This document shows, piece after piece, positions 10,135 to 18,833 of a DNA stretch of 64,000 bases (position 1 is the first letter of the stretch; every line of letters starts with the position of its first letter). Under the pieces are notes generated by a model. It was not told the origin of the DNA. It ran no database searches and was given only the letters and a program-made list of their open reading frames with translations. The stretch comes from an uncultured Chloroflexia bacterium (GTDB lineage Bacteria > Chloroflexota > Ktedonobacteria > Ktedonobacterales > Ktedonobacteraceae). The stretch covers positions 439,242-503,241 of the forward strand of contig CAVSWA010000001.1 of NCBI GenBank assembly GCA_963731605.1, given 5' to 3'. The position numbers were made by a program, and so were the translations under genes.

Positions 10135-10569
10135 ATGGCATTTCAACTTCCAGACCCGGCGACGCCTTTTGGCGAGCGGGTGGCCCGCCGGCTGCGGGAC
10201 GAGCGTCTCATCTGGTTGACAACTGTTGATGCGAAGGGAACGCCACAGCCCGCGCCGGTCTGGTTCTGGTGGGATGAGGCTACGTCAACTATTCTCGTAT
10301 ATAGCCGGGCCGATGCGAAACGCCAGGGGCATATCTCGCGCAACCCTCGAGTGGCTTTCAATCTGGATGGCAATGGAAATGGGGGAGATATTATCGTTAT
10401 TATTGGCGAGGCACAATTGAGTCCGAACGATCCTCCGGCGGATCGATTGCCCGTTTACGTGGAAAAGTATCGTGATTTCATCACCAGGAGCTTTCAAACG
10501 CCTGAAAGATTCGCAGAGATGTATCCGGTGGCGCTGCGTGTTCGCCCCATTGCCATTCGCGGGCATTGA
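10135..10569 (+). CDS. PPOX-class probable F420-dependent oxidoreductase
   Basis: 144 aa. LIWLTTVDAKGTPQPAPVWFWWD...VAFNLDGNG pattern is typical of the small actinobacterial/Chloroflexi PPOX-class F420 enzymes. Confidence 0.65.
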   Translation: MAFQLPDPATPFGERVARRLRDERLIWLTTVDAKGTPQPAPVWFWWDEATSTILVYSRADAKRQGHISRNPRVAFNLDGNGNGGDIIVIIGEAQLSPNDPPADRLPVYVEKYRDFITRSFQTPERFAEMYPVALRVRPIAIRGH

Positions 10570-10573
10570 AGAT

Positions 10574-12038
10574 TTAAGAAAAGCTTTTTTTCAGGGCTGT
10601 AGTGGCGGCGTAGTAGCCGCATAATCCATGTACGCCGCCTCCGGGGGGTGTCGATGAGGAGCAAAGATAGACACCTTCAAGAGGAGTGGCATAGGGATTG
10701 ACCTGGATGGTCGGGCGGGTGAAGAGTTGCCCGATATCCTGCACGCCGCCGTTGATGTCGCCGCCGATGTAGTTAGCGTTGTAATGTTCAAGCTGTGCCG
10801 CTGTGAAGGTATGGCGGGCCAGGATGCGGTCGCGAAAGCCGGGGGCGAAACGTTCGATCTGGGCTTCGATGCGCTCGCTCATGTCGAGGGTTGAGCCAGC
10901 CGGGACGTGACAATAGGCCCAGGCGGTGTGTTTTCCCTCTGGGGCGCGTGTCGTGTCAAACAGGCTTTGTTGCGCCAGCAGCACGAAGGGCTTTTCGGGA
11001 TGTTCGCCGCGCCAGACCGCAGCTTCGGCGGAGGCGATTTCTGGCAGCGTGCCGCCGATGTGGACTGTTCCGGCGCGCTCACAGGCTGTCGCTCGCCAGG
11101 GGATGGGGCCATCCAGCGCCAGGTCGAGTTTGAAGACGCCAGGACCATAGCGGTAATGGCGCAATTTGCGCTGGTAACCAGATGGCAGGCGCGTTCCCGC
11201 TATTCGCAGCAATTGCCGGGGGGTGATGTCGCATAACACGGCGCGAGCAGGAGGAAGTATATTCGAGCGATTTGACTTCCGCGCCTGTGACGATTTCTCC
11301 TCCAAGCGAGCGCAAATAGGCTGCCATGGCATCCACAATGTTTTGAGAGCCGCCGCGTGGCAGAGGCCAACCAATGGCGTGTCCCATCGTTCCTAACGCC
11401 AGCCCCGCCGCCGCGCTAATAGAGCGGTCAAGAGGCAACATCCAGTGACCGCACATACCGGCGAAGAGGGCGCGCGCTTGCGGCTCCTTGAAGTGGCTTT
11501 CGGCGAAACCACGCGCTGAACGAAGCGCTTTGAGTCCGAATGAGGCCAGCGCGAATGGGTGAGGAAGCAGTGGTTGCAGGCGCAAGGGGCCAAAAAAGGC
11601 GTTGGAGATGGCATCCCAGCGAGCGACCAGAGGCTCCATCAGCTTCTGGTATGCGCGCGCATCTCTGCCCAGTGTTGCCCCGGTCGCTTCAATAGAGCGT
11701 TCAAGTACCGCGACAGTATCGTTATCAAGTGGGTGCGCCAGGGGAGCAGGCGGTTGAATCCATTCCAGGCCATAGTGTTCAAGCGGCAATGAGCGAAAGA
11801 ATGTTGAACCCAGCCCGAGTGGGTGAATTGCTGAGCAGACATCGTGTACAAAACCGGGCAAGGTGAGTTCCATCGAGCGCGAACCGCCCCCAATGGTCTC
11901 TTTGGCCTCGTATACTATGACCGATTTGCCCGCGCGCGCCATTGTGATAGCCGCCGCCAGGCCATTTGGACCGGCGCCAACAACGATTGCGTCGTACTTA
12001 TCATGTGTTGACATGCTTTGCCCAGACTGGACACCCAC
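10574..12038 (-). pseudogene. CrtI/phytoene-desaturase-family NAD(P)/FAD-dependent oxidoreductase (COG1233-like), frame-broken
   Basis: N-terminal ORF 11079-12038 has YDAIVVGAGPNGLAAA and remains family-like up to GGEIVTGAEVKSLEY. The family sequence then continues in another frame (ORF 10574-11374) from ILPPARAVLCDITPRQLL to the C-terminal CSSSTPPGGGVHGLCG. The shift is near 11255-11265. The likely start is the ATG at 12014. Confidence 0.75.
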
Positions 12039-12067
12039 AAGAGGTATCCCTACTTCAGATTGACTTA

Positions 12068-12748
12068 CTAAGCCAATCGCTTTTGCAGATAGTGAACGGC
12101 GCTTTCTTCCCAGCGCGTCTCGATGTAGGCGTACAACTTTGTTTTAGCTTCCGCGTGAGACAGTTGCGCTTTCACGATCCCATGTCGTGCCATCCAATTG
12201 TCAGCCAGCATATAGCAGGTGCTGTTCCAGCCATTTTTATTGCCCTGCAAGTTGAGCCTTTCAGAGATGCCCGCTATGACGACTTCGGCTGTATTTTGCA
12301 GTTCGTTCAAAGAGCGATCGAACGCGCTTTTGTCGGAAGGGTGCTGCATACCTGTGAGCGTTCGAAGCGTCCTGACATCGATATCGTCGTTCTCCCGGAT
12401 GCAGTTGTACATGCGCAAGGTAGCTTTCGCCACTAAACCCGCCGCGTAGCGTTCTTCCACCGTCTCCGTTTGAGCAAGCAGACAACTTATGACTGGAAAG
12501 ATTGCCCTGGAGATGAGAAGTGGTTTGTCGCCAAGAAATCTGCCGTAGGCGGCGATGCCTTCGCTGGCAAAGCGATCTCGCCAGAGCCAGGGGTCGGTGT
12601 CGGCTCCTGTGTGCCAGGCTTCGGGCCGCGTGATAGAAGCGAGGGAGGGATGACCGGGAACGAAACTCGATAGAGGCAAGATGCCGAGGTGTTCCACAAC
12701 ATCACTGGCCTCCTCATACGTGATAATGGTTGGATGCGCCAAGAGCAT
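12068..12748 (-). CDS. Hypothetical protein (weak, unverified resemblance to short AlkZ/YcaQ-related winged-helix proteins)
   Basis: Clean 226-aa ORF, divergent from the TPR gene. No diagnostic motif recognised. Confidence 0.45.
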   Translation of the reverse strand: MLLAHPTIITYEEASDVVEHLGILPLSSFVPGHPSLASITRPEAWHTGADTDPWLWRDRFASEGIAAYGRFLGDKPLLISRAIFPVISCLLAQTETVEERYAAGLVAKATLRMYNCIRENDDIDVRTLRTLTGMQHPSDKSAFDRSLNELQNTAEVVIAGISERLNLQGNKNGWNSTCYMLADNWMARHGIVKAQLSHAEAKTKLYAYIETRWEESAVHYLQKRLA

Positions 12749-12962
12749 ACTCCTTTCAATTTACTATTTCTTATAGTCTAGTGGAATACAAGTGGATATA
12801 TATTTTTAATGTGTACCTTTTCCCCAAGTGACGTGGGTACAAGCCTCAGTATAGCATAGCTTGGTGAAACGCGATAAAAAGTTGCGCGTTTTTCTCAATA
12901 GGCGTAAAATGAGCGTGAAGCAAGGGTATTGTTTCATTGTAGTGTAAAGAGGACAGCTGGTT

Positions 12963-15344
12963 ATGGCGAAGAAAAAAACCGGGCAAGTTCCTATCTCGCA
13001 GGATGCGCAGGCGCAGTCACAACAGGTATTTGAGCAATATCATGAGGTGGTGAATAAAGTGCGCGCAAGCACGGAGCGACAGGTGGCTGCAGCGGCGCTT
13101 GCCGAGATCAACGATTTATCTGAAGCTGCCCAGTTTGCTTTACTTAAATCACTGGCGCGAGAAAAGTCCATCGATTCCGCCGATCTGCTTCTGGCTATCA
13201 ATGAGTTGAGTTCCCTGAAAAGTGTGCGCAAGGAAGCCAAACGCGCTTTGATACAACTGGCGGGGGCGAGGGTTTATCCGCAGTGGAAACCGCCCGTTGA
13301 ACAGTCACTTGTCTCTCATACGCAGTTTACGAATATTCCCCGCCGCTTCTGGAAGGGAATCATTACCGATACTCGCGTGACAGGTTCGATGCAACTAATA
13401 CTGGCCTGGGAGCAGGGAGAAAATTATAAAGAGGTGCAGATGCTCGGCTTCATGCTAGACTTTTGGGATGATGGCGTCAAAGAATTCTTTAGCCAGGTAA
13501 TGAGTAAACGCAGCTATGAGAACACTGCTGCGCGCATAGAAATGACTATGCCAGGAATCAAATGGAAGAGTAGCTCGTTAGCTCGCAGTCGCCGTCTTCT
13601 GTTGGATGCGCTCGCTGTCAATAGAAAAAAAGGGACGCAGCCGCACATTGAATACCGCAGGCATCTTTCGCTCATCAATCAATTGATTTTAGAAAATCCA
13701 GATATCGATGAGGATGTATTGGATGGTGAAGAAGAGGAAGAAGAGTATCAGGAGGGACAGATTCGGGATTTTGATGATGATGACGATCTGGATGACGACT
13801 TCGAGGAAGATGATATAGAGTACGAGACACAGGATTTAACTCCGGAAGTCGTAGTCAGCACTTTTGTTCAGGCGTATTTTGAAGGAAAGTTTGAAACGTC
13901 CTATACATTACTCGCTGCTGACAGCCCCTTGCGCGATGGTCTTATTGAAGAAGCCTGGGCTGAAGGTCGTGACGTCTGGTTCAACGCGGCCAATCCTGAT
14001 TACCTGGAAACCTATATTCTGTGGGAACGCACGGTGCAGAAATCTGTCCTGTGGTTGCCCAATATTGTAAGCGCCAATCGCAAGGGTGCAGAAAAAGTGA
14101 TTGAGGCGAGCTGGTCTGTTGAAATGGATGAAACCAGCGAGGGTGAAGAGTTTCCGGAGTTGCCCCGACCAAGCACCATATATAGCGAGACTGGTCGGCA
14201 TTGGTTCTGGACAAGTTATATCCTGGTTAAAGAGAAAGGCCAATGGCGCATCCACTATATGGTCGATGAAGCAACCCAGGCCCTCAACCTGCCCAGTGAA
14301 GAATTATTTAACAAGATTAAAGAACACACGGTCACCATCAACGAAATTTCAAACAAGCATAAACCGACCGATGCCGATTTTCCCAGGTACGCGATCGAGT
14401 TGCAGCGTTACTTGTTCCAGTCGGCGAGTTATATCGATGCGTTTCTAGCGCGGGCGTATGATGATCGCGCGTTGTACCGGGAAGCTGCTTCGAGAATGAA
14501 GATCTTTGGATTTTGGGAGCGTAGCCTTGTCTACCTGGAGGAACTGACGCAGCGCTTTGAAGAGGGTCGTGCCGCCGACCTGCGAACGAAGGCCGCGGTA
14601 CAGCAGTCGCTTGGCCGGATTTTCTTAGAGAAGAGAGGTGACGAAGAACGCTCGAACCGCTTCCTGGAACTGGCCGAGGAAGCGTTGCGCGAATCTCTAA
14701 ACCTGGAGGATCAATTCGAGACACGTATCTCTCTGGCAGAGGTTCTTATTCACCGCACTGTCAATCTCAACGAGGCAGAAGATCACCTGTTGCAAGCGAA
14801 GACCATGATAGCCAGTACTGCTTTTGCTGAAGAAGCTCATATTGAGATGCATTTGGGCGAGATCGCTATGGAGCAGGATAGAGACGAGGAGGCGTTGCGT
14901 CATTATCTGCGCGTAGCTGAACTCGAGCCAGATTTCGTCGATACCTGGGCTGATCTGGGCGTTATCTATGGAAAGCTCAATAATCTTGAAGAGGCTGATG
15001 CCAGCTTCAGGCGCGCTATCGCAATACAGCCGCAAAATATTGATCTCTACTTCGATCTTCACCTCATATACAGCGAGCATGGCCGGGGTGATGACGGTAT
15101 TGAAATCCTGGAAGAAGGTCTGCGCGCCAATCCTACTGCTGGTCTGCTGAACATGTACCTGGTAACTGCATATATAGAGAACGGTAACTATCGTCAGGCT
15201 GAAATCAATCTTGATAAAGCAGAACGGCTTGGTGTAGAGATACCTTTGATTGAGATGATTCGAGAGATGTTGAAAGAGAGAAAGAATACTTTGCCGACGC
15301 CTATTAGCCTCAGACCTGGAAAAGCGAAGAAAAAGCACAGGTAA
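12963..15344 (+). CDS. Tetratricopeptide-repeat protein with an internal poly-acidic tract
   Basis: 793 aa. The C-terminal third has clear TPR units (ALRHYLRVAELEPDFVDTWADLGVIYGKLNNLEEADASFRRAIAIQPQN...). A D/E-rich tract (GEEEEEEYQEG...DDDDDLDDDFEEDD) lies near 13720-13830. The gene is visibly more AT-rich than its neighbours. Confidence 0.8.
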   Translation: MAKKKTGQVPISQDAQAQSQQVFEQYHEVVNKVRASTERQVAAAALAEINDLSEAAQFALLKSLAREKSIDSADLLLAINELSSLKSVRKEAKRALIQLAGARVYPQWKPPVEQSLVSHTQFTNIPRRFWKGIITDTRVTGSMQLILAWEQGENYKEVQMLGFMLDFWDDGVKEFFSQVMSKRSYENTAARIEMTMPGIKWKSSSLARSRRLLLDALAVNRKKGTQPHIEYRRHLSLINQLILENPDIDEDVLDGEEEEEEYQEGQIRDFDDDDDLDDDFEEDDIEYETQDLTPEVVVSTFVQAYFEGKFETSYTLLAADSPLRDGLIEEAWAEGRDVWFNAANPDYLETYILWERTVQKSVLWLPNIVSANRKGAEKVIEASWSVEMDETSEGEEFPELPRPSTIYSETGRHWFWTSYILVKEKGQWRIHYMVDEATQALNLPSEELFNKIKEHTVTINEISNKHKPTDADFPRYAIELQRYLFQSASYIDAFLARAYDDRALYREAASRMKIFGFWERSLVYLEELTQRFEEGRAADLRTKAAVQQSLGRIFLEKRGDEERSNRFLELAEEALRESLNLEDQFETRISLAEVLIHRTVNLNEAEDHLLQAKTMIASTAFAEEAHIEMHLGEIAMEQDRDEEALRHYLRVAELEPDFVDTWADLGVIYGKLNNLEEADASFRRAIAIQPQNIDLYFDLHLIYSEHGRGDDGIEILEEGLRANPTAGLLNMYLVTAYIENGNYRQAEINLDKAERLGVEIPLIEMIREMLKERKNTLPTPISLRPGKAKKKHR

Positions 15345-15389
15345 AATAGATGATATTACACACAGAGATGTTGTGTAATATCATCTATT
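15345..15389. terminator. Perfect 18-bp inverted repeat with a 9-nt loop, between or overlapping the convergent TPR and jetD 3' ends; candidate bidirectional terminator
   Basis: AATAGATGATATTACACA (15345-15362), loop CAGAGATGT, then TGTGTAATATCATCTATT (15372-15389). Most of the structure (from the jetD stop at 15356-15358 onward) lies inside jetD, and the 3' arm encodes its last codons. Confidence 0.5.
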
Positions 15390-16759
15390 AGAAAGTGCGT
15401 AATGCCCTCTTGATAGGCCCACATGGCTTTCTCTTTCATCACGGCAACCAGGGGCGCGAAGATTTCGGGCAGTGTGTCAAGCAATGCCAGGTCGGTGGCG
15501 GAAGCCGGAATGCCGCCCTGCCGCAGGATGGAGCTATAGGTATCGCGGTCGAAACGCCAGAGGTGACAGCGACCAGGGTATCGCGCCAGCATGTAGGCGG
15601 CAATTTGCAGTCCCTTGATGTCGAAGTCTCCACTGTAACACAGGGTGTAGGTGGGAGACGCGCTTAACAACAGGTTGAGCAGGGTCAGGGCCGCGACGCT
15701 GGGCCAACCGGATGTACAAACGAGCGTCGGAGGCTCATTCTCTGCTTGCGCGCTGGCGATGATTTCTTCAAATACCTGGGGATTTTCCACGATATAGATG
15801 ACCGTGCTGCTCGATGTCACACTTTTCCATGCCTGTAGCTGCCGCAAAGGAAGCAACATGACACGCGCGCCCGCCGCGTGTGGCATAGGGTCAGGGGTGC
15901 CATCGAGATAGAGTGCGCTGGCCAGGTTGTACGCGGCAACGTTGGTTGAGATGGTGTCAACCAGTAGCCCGGCATTCCTGTACAGCAAGAGTTCATGTTC
16001 CCGGTCTCCCATTACGTTTTCGAGTGCGACAGTCGCGTATTCGAGAGTATCCGTTATGTTTTCGAGTGCGACCGCGAGGGTCGCCCCTACAATATTCGAA
16101 TCGGCCAGGGCGAGTAAGAAGAGACGCCCTGCGGCTCTCCCCGTATTGAGCATATGGGGGTCGCCGCTGGTGCGCTGGGCGAAAAGGGCCAGGCGTTCGG
16201 GCGTATCGGGCCGGGGCAGTTGATCGAGCAAACCTGCGATGTAGGCGACCAGTTTCAGTTGTCTTTGCTGCTCTTCCAGAGGGGCATTTTTATAACGCGC
16301 GTAAAGCCATAGTTCTCCGTGCGAGCCATGCTCTAACCAGTGTCGCCCATGCGCGTTAGGTGGTAGGTGCGCGATGAGCGATGCCAGCGCCGCGCGAAAA
16401 TCTGACTGGCGTTGTGAATGTTGCGCCTGTCGTTCTACCCGTGTCACTAATGCGCGGTCGGGATAGTAAGCGCGTAACAGATCTGGCAAAGTGCAGTTGA
16501 AGCTGTGGAGTAAAGCCTTTTCGACATCTCCCAGTTTTACCCTGATGTTGATATCAGCGTAGAGGGGTTTGCCGAGAAAGCTGGCGATTTCGCGCCGTTC
16601 GTCAGAGGTGCAGTCTGGTAGGGTGATCTGACCGCGCACCTGGCTTTCTTCTATGTATTTCTCGTAAAGTTTCATTCCCAGGCGCGATAAACCGGGCCGG
16701 TGGAAAAACATGGCGGCCTTGTGCGCGTTCTGATGTGCCGGGTCTGGCAGGTTGCTCAC
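15356..16759 (-). CDS. jetD: Wadjet JetD-type nuclease subunit (TIGR02679 / DUF2399-like, Toprim-like C-terminus)
   Basis: 467 aa with a GTG start 19 nt after the jetC stop. C-terminal VIYIVENPQVFEE ... LCYSGDFDIKGLQIA supplies the acidic E and DxD residues of a Toprim-like fold. It is the fourth gene of the cassette. Confidence 0.8.
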   Translation of the reverse strand: MSNLPDPAHQNAHKAAMFFHRPGLSRLGMKLYEKYIEESQVRGQITLPDCTSDERREIASFLGKPLYADINIRVKLGDVEKALLHSFNCTLPDLLRAYYPDRALVTRVERQAQHSQRQSDFRAALASLIAHLPPNAHGRHWLEHGSHGELWLYARYKNAPLEEQQRQLKLVAYIAGLLDQLPRPDTPERLALFAQRTSGDPHMLNTGRAAGRLFLLALADSNIVGATLAVALENITDTLEYATVALENVMGDREHELLLYRNAGLLVDTISTNVAAYNLASALYLDGTPDPMPHAAGARVMLLPLRQLQAWKSVTSSSTVIYIVENPQVFEEIIASAQAENEPPTLVCTSGWPSVAALTLLNLLLSASPTYTLCYSGDFDIKGLQIAAYMLARYPGRCHLWRFDRDTYSSILRQGGIPASATDLALLDTLPEIFAPLVAVMKEKAMWAYQEGITHFLIDDITQHLCV

Positions 16760-16778
16760 TCTTACTTCCGTCCTTTGA

Positions 16779-18833
16779 TTAGAGCGCTTTGCTATCGCTC
16801 CAGAACGAAGCTGATGCAGTTGCGATGGGTGAACCTTTTTCGTGGATCATCAGGTAGCGGGCGCAGGCGGGAATTTTCGCGCCGGTGCCGCTGATTTGCG
16901 GCCCGGTCATGATCCACTGGAAGTCTTGCGAGACGAGAAATTCCATGATGCGTTGCGTATTGGCTACGCTGACTTTATCAAAGGCCTCGTCAAGGGCGAG
17001 CAGGCGGGGCGCGCCGGGAGCTGCGCTGCGATAGAGCGCGCCGAGGGCGGCGAAAAGCGGGACATAGAGCGCGAAAAGCTGCTCCGCGCCACTGCGCGTA
17101 CCGGCCACGCGATCCGTCAGACGCTGGCGCTGCCCGCCGGGCTGGGAGACCAGCACTTCGAATTGGAACCACTCGCGATAGTCAAAGACCTGTTCCAGGG
17201 CATCCAGGAAGTTCATATCGGCACGCTCCTGCTGCCGCAGGCGCACAGCATCGATTTCCTGGCGGAAAGCGTTCATCAAGGTTTCGGTCTCTTCCGCGGT
17301 TAAAGCCTGGGTTGGTTTGCGCAGCAGGCGGTAGTGCTGCGCAAGATGGCTGCCCGGCTTGTTCAGGTCGTATTCGGTTTGTGGTTTCCATTGTAGCGCG
17401 TAGTGTTCGCCGATCATGGGCAGGCCGCTCAACACCTTGTTAATTTGCTGCACCCATTCTTCTGCCTCGAAGATAGCGCTGCGGATGGCTTCGGCGATTT
17501 CGTGCAGCAGGAAATCCTCAAACAGCTTCGTCTCTTCCTGATTGAGCAGCATTTGTTGCATCTTAATGCGTTCGCTCAACAGTTCAAGCAGTTCGATAGC
17601 CCGGCTTTTGTTTTCGTTCAGGAAAAGCGCCAGTCCCTGCTCGTCCAGGTCTGGCCCGTATTCCAAAAGTAGAGGCTGCTCGCGATTGAAAACGCGCATA
17701 ACGGTATTAAATGCCTCGCGATAGGCTTCATTCAACTGTTCCCTGCGCGCCGGAATATCCGCCTCGCGCAGTGTTTCTCCCAGCACTCGCCGTGCGGCAC
17801 CGAGATAGTGGCCCTCCAACATGTGCTGGTGCGCGGCGATTAGTTCTTCGACTGGATATGCGGCCAGTAAATTCGCAAATTGCGTTCTCTTTTCGCCTGC
17901 TAACTGCATAGCACCTTGCAGGCGTTCATCTACTTCGACTAATTGCTCTGTGATAGTTTCGGCACGCTGGTTTGCCAGGCTGTAGGTGACGCGCGCGTTG
18001 TTCAATTCTTTGTTGACCGTCTCGCTGCGCTGGCGTAAGGTCAGTAATCGCTCGCTTAGCTCGCTGGCGTCGGTTGTTTCCGCGATATGTTGTAGTTCGT
18101 TTTCCTCGGCGCGTGCTGAAATGGCCTGCGAGCGCAAACGCTCGTACAAGTTTGCCACGTTTGCCTCGTTGGCGGTTGCCTGTTGCTGCGCTTCGCGAGC
18201 GCTATGACACTCGTCCCAGGTGTGATTGAGGCTGCTTAGTTGCGTTTGTAGCGAACGGGCCGAGTTTTGTAACTGGATTACTCCCAGTAATGCACCCTGG
18301 ACGCGCTGCCGCTCGCTGGCAAATGCGGCGTTGCCGTTGCTTTCTCGCTCTAGTTGGACCACCAGCGAATTGAAACGCTGCCACGCCGCCTGTGTCTGGA
18401 GGCGCGCTTTTTGATAGGTGTTCTGGATGCTTTCCAACGTGACCCTGATCTGCGCCAGTTCGGCAAACACAGGCTCGATGCCACTGGCTGCCAACGCCTT
18501 GCGTACATGCGCGGTTTGCTCCTCTATGCTGGCGAGCTGCCCTTCGTGGAGTTCAATCTGCCGGGCCAGCACAGTCAGCGTTTCAGCAAGTTGCGCTTGA
18601 CTTTGCTGGATCGCTGCGAGTTCGCGTTGTTGCGCGCGCAGGCGGGTGGTTTTGCCGATGCAGCGGGCTGTGCCGCCGCTCGCATATCCGCTCAATATAC
18701 CATGCGTCCAGGCGCCATCTTGTTCAAACAGCACACCGGCATAGTCATTGTAAGGGCGTGGGTGTGGGTGTGGGTGTGGGTGTGGGCTGGGGTAGATGCG
18801 GGGCGGGGACCCTTGCGGTCGCCCTCTCGCCAT
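16779..18833 (-). CDS. jetC: Wadjet JetC SMC-like ATPase, C-terminal half (coiled coil plus C-terminal head)
   Basis: Long Q/E/A/L/R-rich coiled coil. This is followed by TRSGAEQLFALYVPLF (signature-like) and PRLLALDEAFDKV (Walker B). The ORF-track ATG at 18833 lies inside the inserted repeat. Genuine JetC sequence resumes around 18750 (YNDYAGVLFEQDGAWTHG). Confidence 0.85.
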   Translation of the reverse strand: MARGRPQGSPPRIYPSPHPHPHPHPRPYNDYAGVLFEQDGAWTHGILSGYASGGTARCIGKTTRLRAQQRELAAIQQSQAQLAETLTVLARQIELHEGQLASIEEQTAHVRKALAASGIEPVFAELAQIRVTLESIQNTYQKARLQTQAAWQRFNSLVVQLERESNGNAAFASERQRVQGALLGVIQLQNSARSLQTQLSSLNHTWDECHSAREAQQQATANEANVANLYERLRSQAISARAEENELQHIAETTDASELSERLLTLRQRSETVNKELNNARVTYSLANQRAETITEQLVEVDERLQGAMQLAGEKRTQFANLLAAYPVEELIAAHQHMLEGHYLGAARRVLGETLREADIPARREQLNEAYREAFNTVMRVFNREQPLLLEYGPDLDEQGLALFLNENKSRAIELLELLSERIKMQQMLLNQEETKLFEDFLLHEIAEAIRSAIFEAEEWVQQINKVLSGLPMIGEHYALQWKPQTEYDLNKPGSHLAQHYRLLRKPTQALTAEETETLMNAFRQEIDAVRLRQQERADMNFLDALEQVFDYREWFQFEVLVSQPGGQRQRLTDRVAGTRSGAEQLFALYVPLFAALGALYRSAAPGAPRLLALDEAFDKVSVANTQRIMEFLVSQDFQWIMTGPQISGTGAKIPACARYLMIHEKGSPIATASASFWSDSKAL

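Noticed and set aside
18758-18787. The (GTGGGT)n microsatellite inside jetC as a slipped-strand phase-variation switch for the defence system
   Set aside because: The repeat unit is 6 nt, so gain or loss of units cannot change the reading frame. The frame break must come from elsewhere in the insertion or from a base-call error.
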